In this document: positions 58,524 through 64,000 of the stretch, piece by piece
Position numbering within the stretch: position 1 is the stretch's first letter
How the letters are laid out: each line of letters starts with the position of its first letter
From: Candidatus Aenigmatarchaeota archaeon
Lineage (GTDB): Archaea; Aenigmatarchaeota; Aenigmatarchaeia; CG10238-14; SCSR01
DNA length: 64,000 nucleotides
Direction of reading: 5' to 3'
NCBI GenBank assembly: GCA_038998335.1
Contig: JAVZHQ010000001.1
Coordinates: forward strand, 192,001-256,000
Made by a program: the position numbers and the translations under genes
The notes under the pieces: model-generated
Database searches by the model: none
Seen by the model: only the letters and a program-made list of their open reading frames with translations
What the model was told of the DNA's origin: nothing

Positions 58524-59240
58524 ATGAGGGTTAAGCTTTTGGCCTATACTCCTAACCCAGAATTGGTAGTTGCAGCTTCTGCTACAACTTCATTTAAAAA
58601 GAAGCCCCCTTCTTTCACTTTTGAGAAATATAAAAAGGAAATGTCAAGAGAGAAGATTAAAAAGATAATAAGAGATTTGCTTAGGCACAATCATTTATCT
58701 CCTTTAGAGCATGCTTCTTTCACTTTCGCTTTAGAAGAAGTTTCAAGAAGTTTAACTCATGAGCTTGTAAGACATAGAATAGCCTCTTATACACAACAAA
58801 GTCAAAGATACGTGAAGGTTGACACTAACGAAGAATGGTATGTTATTCCACCAAAGCTTGATGAAGAAAAAAGAAAAAAATTTGTAGAAATAATGAATCA
58901 GATAGCAAAATGGTACGAAGAATTTATAAATGAAGGAGTAGCTTATGAGGATGCCAGGTTTATTCTCCCCAACGCAACTAAAACCAACATTGTTGTTACT
59001 ATGAACGCTAGAGAGCTTTACCATTTCTTTAACTTAAGATGTTGTGCAAGAGCACAATGGGAAATAAGGAGCGCAGCCACAGAAATGCTAAGAATAGTTA
59101 AAAAAATTGCACCAACTTTATTTGAAAAAGCAGGACCTAGTTGTATGAAAGGATTTTGCCCAGAAGCAGAGCTTATGCCAGAAGAATGCAGGAAGTTAGG
59201 AATAACAAGAATACAGAAAAAGTTTAGGGAGTTGAAATAA
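58524..59240 (+). CDS. thyX: flavin-dependent thymidylate synthase
   Basis: 'HLSPLEH', RHRx7S motif 'RHRIASYTQQSQRY', 'AQWEIR'. Confidence 0.96.
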   Translation: MRVKLLAYTPNPELVVAASATTSFKKKPPSFTFEKYKKEMSREKIKKIIRDLLRHNHLSPLEHASFTFALEEVSRSLTHELVRHRIASYTQQSQRYVKVDTNEEWYVIPPKLDEEKRKKFVEIMNQIAKWYEEFINEGVAYEDARFILPNATKTNIVVTMNARELYHFFNLRCCARAQWEIRSAATEMLRIVKKIAPTLFEKAGPSCMKGFCPEAELMPEECRKLGITRIQKKFRELK

Positions 59241-59241
59241 A

Positions 59242-59394
59242 ATGGGAATAAAAGGGTTAATAAGAGATGCTGTTATGGTTTTTGTGGCGTTTCAACTTTT
59301 AACTAACGGAATTGATAAAACATATTTGGCTTATATTCTTATAGCTGTTGTGATCTTCTTCACCATTCTTGGTTTTTGGAGGTTACTTAGTTGA
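59242..59394 (+). CDS. small 2-TM membrane protein (50 aa), absent from the ORF track
   Basis: MGIKGLIRDAVMVFVAFQLLTNGIDKTYLAYILIAVVIFFTILGFWRLLS; starts 1 nt after the thyX stop; TTGA overlap with glyA. Confidence 0.75.
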   Translation: MGIKGLIRDAVMVFVAFQLLTNGIDKTYLAYILIAVVIFFTILGFWRLLS

Positions 59395-60626
59395 AAGAAA
59401 AAGTTTTTGAAATAGTAAAAAAACAAAACGAATGGAGAAGAAAAGAATGCATAAACTTGATAGCCTCAGAAAGTGTTTTATCACCTTTAGCAGAGAAGTT
59501 TTTTGTTTCTGATTTTGAAGGAAGATATAATGAGCATTCAGGAAGAGAATGTCATTACCAAGGAACAAAATATTCTTACGAAATTGAAGAATTTTGCAAC
59601 GAAATTTTTAGAAGAAAATTTAAAACAAAGTTCGCTGATGTTAGACCAATATCTGGAGGAATAGCCAATCTTGTAGCTTATACTGCATTTTGTAAACCAG
59701 GAGACATAATAGCAAGTCTGGGAATTCAAAACGGAGCCCATGTAAGCTCAAGTCACTATGGCTTAGCAGGAGTGAGAGGTTTAAGAAGCGTTGAGATGTT
59801 TTTTGATGAAAAGAAAATGAATATAGATGTAGAAAAAAGTGTTGAACTAATAAAAAAAGTTAAGCCAAAGCTTATAATGTTAGGGGCTTCTATGATTCTC
59901 TTTCCCGAACCTGTAAAAGAGATAAGGGAAGAAATTAAAGATGTTAAGATAGTCTATGACGCTTCCCATGTTTTTGGTTTAATATATAATCAAGAGTTTC
60001 AAGACCCTTTAAAAGAAGGAGTAGACCTAATAACTTCTTCAACTCACAAAACTTTTCAAGGCCCTCAAGGTGGTTTGATAATAGGAAGTAATAGCTTAAG
60101 TGAAGAAGAATGGGAAAAGGTTCAAACTGCAATTTTTCCAGGAATACTTTCTAACACTCATCTTCACAGATTTCCTGCTTTAGCTATTACTGCTTTAGAA
60201 ATGAATGAGTTTGGGAAAGATTATGCAAAACAAGTAATAAAAAACGCAAAGGTTTTGGCAAGAGAGCTCTATAACCTTGGGTTTAAAGTTCTCTGTCCTG
60301 AGTTAGACTTTACAGAATCGCATCAAGTAATAGTTAACGTTAAAGAGCTTGGAGGAGGGAAAATAGTTGCTGAAAAACTGGAAAAAAGTAATATAATATG
60401 CAATAAGATTGCTCTACCTTCTGATTCTCCCCATGATGCAACAAAAAATCCTAGTGGAATAAGGCTTGGAGTTCAAGAGCTAACAAGGTTTGGGATGAAA
60501 GAAAGCGAGATGAAAATAGTCGCAGAATTTTTCAAAAAAGTTTTAATTGAAAATAAGAATGTGAGAGAGGAAGTTAAGGAATTTAGGAAGAACTTCCATA
60601 AAATTTTTTACTGTTTTGAAGTTTAA
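59391..60626 (+). CDS. glyA: serine hydroxymethyltransferase
   Basis: 'NLIASE', 'YDASHV.GL', 'SSTHKTFQGPQGG', 'SGIRLG'. Confidence 0.95.
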   Translation: MKEKVFEIVKKQNEWRRKECINLIASESVLSPLAEKFFVSDFEGRYNEHSGRECHYQGTKYSYEIEEFCNEIFRRKFKTKFADVRPISGGIANLVAYTAFCKPGDIIASLGIQNGAHVSSSHYGLAGVRGLRSVEMFFDEKKMNIDVEKSVELIKKVKPKLIMLGASMILFPEPVKEIREEIKDVKIVYDASHVFGLIYNQEFQDPLKEGVDLITSSTHKTFQGPQGGLIIGSNSLSEEEWEKVQTAIFPGILSNTHLHRFPALAITALEMNEFGKDYAKQVIKNAKVLARELYNLGFKVLCPELDFTESHQVIVNVKELGGGKIVAEKLEKSNIICNKIALPSDSPHDATKNPSGIRLGVQELTRFGMKESEMKIVAEFFKKVLIENKNVREEVKEFRKNFHKIFYCFEV

Positions 60627-61801
60627 ATCTCAAAAAATCTCGGCTTCTTCTTTTCTCTTTCTTCTATTAGTTTAATAACTTCTTTTATTTTTTTCTCGCT
60701 TTCCTCAACTTCTTTCCTGTTATTTCCTATACCACAACTATTGCCAACGCCTACAACAATTATCTTTCCCTTTTCCTTTGTTCTTGCAATTTCTTCTTCT
60801 ACAAGTTTTAAAACTTTTTCTTTTGCAGCGAGAATTTCTTTTTTCATAGGCTGGATTGCTTCTTCTTCGCTCATTTTAATCACTATTGTTGTTATCGGAA
60901 TTCTTTTCTTTACTGCAATATTTTCTATGTACGCTTTATCTACCCCTATTCCTCCAATAGCTACTCCTATCCCTTCTGCTACACTTCCTGTTTCTTCGCC
61001 TTCAAGCTTAAGAGCAGCGTCTATGGTTATTATCTTTGCTATTTTTTCTCTTTTTGTAACCTTTTCTACTGCTTTTCCTAGTTTTCCTAACCTTCCACCA
61101 GGACCTTTTGCTCTGATTATATAAACATCTTTTCCCTTTATCCTTCTTTTTGCAAGCAAGGTATCCTTTTCTATCTTAATTAACCTACCATTTTCTACAA
61201 GGCTTGCCCCTATTAAATTTCCTATAGCATCACCTATAGGCCAGCCATTAGTTAAAGCTTCTGTACCATAGAGCAAAGCTTTTGAGACTCTTTCTATCAA
61301 GGGCATGTTAAACTGGAAAATCAAACCAAGCTGAAAGTTTTTTGTTTTCTTTATCAAACCTAAGTAGTGCTTAACAACTTTTGAAAGGAAGTTTAAACTC
61401 ATTGCTCCCGATAGTCCCATTACCAAATTGGCTTTTGTTTCTGCGTCGCTTTGCGAAGCAATTTGATTAACAAAATAGTTAAGTCTTTCTTCTGCTAGGT
61501 TTGAAATGTGTTCGAATTTGCTTATTATTCCATAAGGATCTAGCTTCACAGGCTCTATGGTAAAGAATTCGAGAAAATGTCTTATACTTTCTTTCAATTC
61601 TTTTGAAGGTTTTTTTGTAATTTTTCTCATTATTATTTCTTCAGCTTTTGCAAGGTAAGAGTCGATAGCTCTTGCTATCTCTTCCATTCTCCAAACGATT
61701 TGAAAATAGTTCAGCCTTAAGTAAACTATAGGTAAAACTACAAAAATTAATATCAAGTAAATAATGCTCCAAATGTTAACGTCTGGGTTAAAAATATCCA
61801 T
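60623..61801 (-). CDS. DUF1512 family protein
   Basis: 'PIGDAIG', 'KGPGG', 'IDAALKLEGE', 'GVGNSCGIG'. Confidence 0.82.
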   Translation of the reverse strand: MDIFNPDVNIWSIIYLILIFVVLPIVYLRLNYFQIVWRMEEIARAIDSYLAKAEEIIMRKITKKPSKELKESIRHFLEFFTIEPVKLDPYGIISKFEHISNLAEERLNYFVNQIASQSDAETKANLVMGLSGAMSLNFLSKVVKHYLGLIKKTKNFQLGLIFQFNMPLIERVSKALLYGTEALTNGWPIGDAIGNLIGASLVENGRLIKIEKDTLLAKRRIKGKDVYIIRAKGPGGRLGKLGKAVEKVTKREKIAKIITIDAALKLEGEETGSVAEGIGVAIGGIGVDKAYIENIAVKKRIPITTIVIKMSEEEAIQPMKKEILAAKEKVLKLVEEEIARTKEKGKIIVVGVGNSCGIGNNRKEVEESEKKIKEVIKLIEEREKKKPRFFEI

Positions 61802-61891
61802 TTTTATCAATTTTATAAGTGTGTACAACCTTTTAAATGTTTTGTATTATAAATATATCTTTTAAATCCTAATAAATTTTTAGTGGAAAGC

Positions 61892-62587
61892 ATGAAATTA
61901 AAGGCTGTAATAGCTGTGATAATAATAATAGCAATCGTTGGTTTGCTTTTCTTTACAGATTCTGGTAAAAAAACTATCGAATTCATAGGAGGAAAATTTA
62001 GCGAAACAGCTTCATTTATTTTTGGACCAAAAAACACAAAAACCTTTAGAATGGTTTTAGAAGTAAGCTTGGAGAATAAAAAAAGTTTCTATGAGAAGAG
62101 CTTTTCTCTTAAAAATTCTAATTTCACAGCCTATAGTATTTATAACTTTATTTCTGTTGACGGAGGAATAGAAAAAATTTCAGGTAACAAAAGAGTTGAA
62201 TTAGAATTAAGAGATTTGAACGGTAAGCTTGAGGTATCAAGTGTCGGGACGCTAAGAATTTCTGGGGAAGCAAACTACATAAGGGTTGGAGATTACGAGA
62301 GAAGTAGAGACAAACCCTATCAAATTGAGATAGAAGCTTTACCTTTTGATTGTTCTCCTGCTTGTAGTTTTAAGGCTGAAAACTTAAACGCAGACCTAAG
62401 CTTTTCTGTGATTAGCGGAGAAGTTAAGAAATTAAGAAGTGATGGAAGCGTTGATCAAATAAAATACTTAAAGGAAGAAAGTCTTATAATTCAAGGATTT
62501 AAAGGAAGCTTTGAGTTAGGGAAATCTTTGATTTTAAGTGGAGAAGCAGTTCAAGTAAGAGGAAGTGATTTCCTTTACACAGGCTGA
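61892..62587 (+). CDS. membrane-anchored exported protein
   Basis: N-terminal TM helix, beta-rich body. Confidence 0.7.
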   Translation: MKLKAVIAVIIIIAIVGLLFFTDSGKKTIEFIGGKFSETASFIFGPKNTKTFRMVLEVSLENKKSFYEKSFSLKNSNFTAYSIYNFISVDGGIEKISGNKRVELELRDLNGKLEVSSVGTLRISGEANYIRVGDYERSRDKPYQIEIEALPFDCSPACSFKAENLNADLSFSVISGEVKKLRSDGSVDQIKYLKEESLIIQGFKGSFELGKSLILSGEAVQVRGSDFLYTG

Positions 62588-62591
62588 ACGT

Positions 62592-63035
62592 ATGACTGCT
62601 AAAAAAGAAAAACCCAAGATAGCTGTTTTTGTTGACGGTCCAAACATGCTTAGAAAAGAGTTTGCTATAGACTTGAGAGAGCTTAAGAAAAGAGTGAAAA
62701 AGTATGGTAGAATAGTTATAGCAAGAGTTTTTTTAAATCAATTTGCTCCTGAAAAGTTGATAGAAGCGGTGATAAACGAAGGTTTTGAAACTATAATGGT
62801 TTTGGCAAAGGAAGAGGAAGAAGCTCAGGATGTAGATGTTGCTTTGGCTGTTTCAGCCATGGAGGCTATTTTAACAAAAAATATTGACGCGATAGCTTTA
62901 GCAACAAGAGATGCTGACTTTTTGCCAATAATTCAAAAAGCTAAGGAGTACGGAAAGAGGGTAATAGTTTTGGGCGCTCAGCCAGGTTTTTCAGCTTCAC
63001 TAAGAAATGCTGCAGATTTTGTGGAAGAGCTTTAA
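62592..63035 (+). CDS. NYN-domain (PIN-like) protein, TIGR00288-like
   Basis: 'FVDGPNMLRKEF', 'DVDV', 'TRDADFLP'. Confidence 0.9.
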   Translation: MTAKKEKPKIAVFVDGPNMLRKEFAIDLRELKKRVKKYGRIVIARVFLNQFAPEKLIEAVINEGFETIMVLAKEEEEAQDVDVALAVSAMEAILTKNIDAIALATRDADFLPIIQKAKEYGKRVIVLGAQPGFSASLRNAADFVEEL

Positions 63036-63085
63036 AAAAAAGAGTTTAAATCTATAAAATAACAATATAAAATAAGGTGGTGTGG

Positions 63086-63415
63086 ATGGGTTTGATTACA
63101 GACTTGTTCAAAAGCCTGAAAAGAGAGGAAACACTAGTAGAATTGCCAGCAGAGGAAGAGGAAAAACCTCAAGTTAACGTAAGAGTTGAAACTTTACATG
63201 ATTTTGTTGATGTTGATAGGATAACTAGGTTGGTAAAAGAAGGGAACATAGTTTTCTTAAGAACTGCTCAAATGCAGAAGCATGACTTGGGAGAATTCAG
63301 GAATAGTGTAGAAAAACTGAAAAGAGTAAGCAAACAGTTTGGTTGGGACATAGTTGGTTTGGAAGAAGGATATATAATAGTAACACCAAGCTTTGCAAGA
63401 GTAGAAAGAAGCTAA
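63086..63415 (+). CDS. sepF: archaeal SepF-like cell division protein
   Basis: 'VKEGNIVFL...GWDIVGL...IIVTP'. Confidence 0.82.
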   Translation: MGLITDLFKSLKREETLVELPAEEEEKPQVNVRVETLHDFVDVDRITRLVKEGNIVFLRTAQMQKHDLGEFRNSVEKLKRVSKQFGWDIVGLEEGYIIVTPSFARVERS

Positions 63416-63771
63416 AGTTTAAAGAAAAGCCAGTAGTTTTTCTTAAACTTGATTAAGCAGTATTTTCCTTGAAGCTTCTTACCTTTTACTCTAAAAACCA
63501 TTTTTTTATCGTCTCTTTCCTCAAGAACATAAGTTCCTTTATCCCAAATCTCAACTTTTCCTGCCCCATACTGTCCTTCTGGAATTTCTCCTTCAAAATT
63601 AGCATACTCCAAATCATGATTTTCAACTTGAATTGCAAGTCTTTTAACGCCTTTTTCTTTTGGAGGTTCTTTTGGAACAGCCCAGCTTTTAAGCTTGCCT
63701 TCCATTTCAAGTCTTAAGTCATAATGCAAATGCCTAGCTTGATGTTTATGGATTACATAAATTTTTTCCAT
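63412..63771 (-). CDS. stand-alone LigD 3'-phosphoesterase (PE) domain
   Basis: 'HQARHLHYDLRLE...SWAVPK...ENH...FEG.IPEGQYGAG.V.IWDKG'. Confidence 0.92.
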   Translation of the reverse strand: MEKIYVIHKHQARHLHYDLRLEMEGKLKSWAVPKEPPKEKGVKRLAIQVENHDLEYANFEGEIPEGQYGAGKVEIWDKGTYVLEERDDKKMVFRVKGKKLQGKYCLIKFKKNYWLFFKL

Positions 63772-63801
63772 ACTTATATTTTAGGAATAGAAAAATATGA
63801 T

Positions 63802-64000
63802 GTGGAGCAATTAGTTCAATTGATAGAAAAATTGAAAAAAAGCGAAGTAAGTAAATTAATTGAAACTAGGATTAAAGAATTTGAAGAAAACAGAAAAAAG
63901 TCAAGCGAAGAAATTTTTAAAGAGCTTTGTTTTTGTATTTTAACTGCAAACTTTAACGCAGAAAAGAGCATAAGAATTCAGGAAGAAATTAGTAATGGAT
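63802..64000 (+). CDS. ogg: 8-oxoguanine DNA glycosylase/AP lyase (Ogg2 type), 3'-truncated by the window edge
   Basis: GTG start; 'RIKEF...IFKELCFCILTANF'. Confidence 0.85.
   Translation, partial: MEQLVQLIEKLKKSEVSKLIETRIKEFEENRKKSSEEIFKELCFCILTANFNAEKSIRIQEEISNG

Overview
Low-GC, densely packed archaeal chromosomal segment. Archaeal markers are aRF1, L37e, S8e, L10e, Lsm, SepF, a histone, and tRNAs without encoded CCA. A DPANN lineage such as Aenigmarchaeota is my inference from compactness, fragmented operons and surface-protein style; it is not proven. The window holds about 75 CDS and 7 tRNA genes. I saw no CRISPR array, rRNA, integrase or transposase. Main points: (1) a perfect 16-bp palindrome TGTTAGACGTCTAACA occurs four times, always intergenic, as two pairs that each bracket a single gene. 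One is a fused aconitase-X/phosphomevalonate dehydratase gene, where the sites extend into 29-bp perfect inverted repeats; the other is a YIP1-like gene. This suggests an unrecognised cassette, recombination or regulatory system. (2) aRF1 has GGM in place of the near-universal GGQ, and NVKD in place of NIKS. (3) Tetraether-lipid genes are present (Tes/GDGT-MAS, geranylgeranyl reductase, AcnX). (4) tRNA-Thr(GGT) has a 12-nt non-canonical intron. (5) A LAGLIDADG intein sits beside the phospho-His of PEP synthase. (6) A 54-aa histone and a small membrane-protein paralog were missed by the ORF track. All calls come from motifs read by eye; no searches were run.
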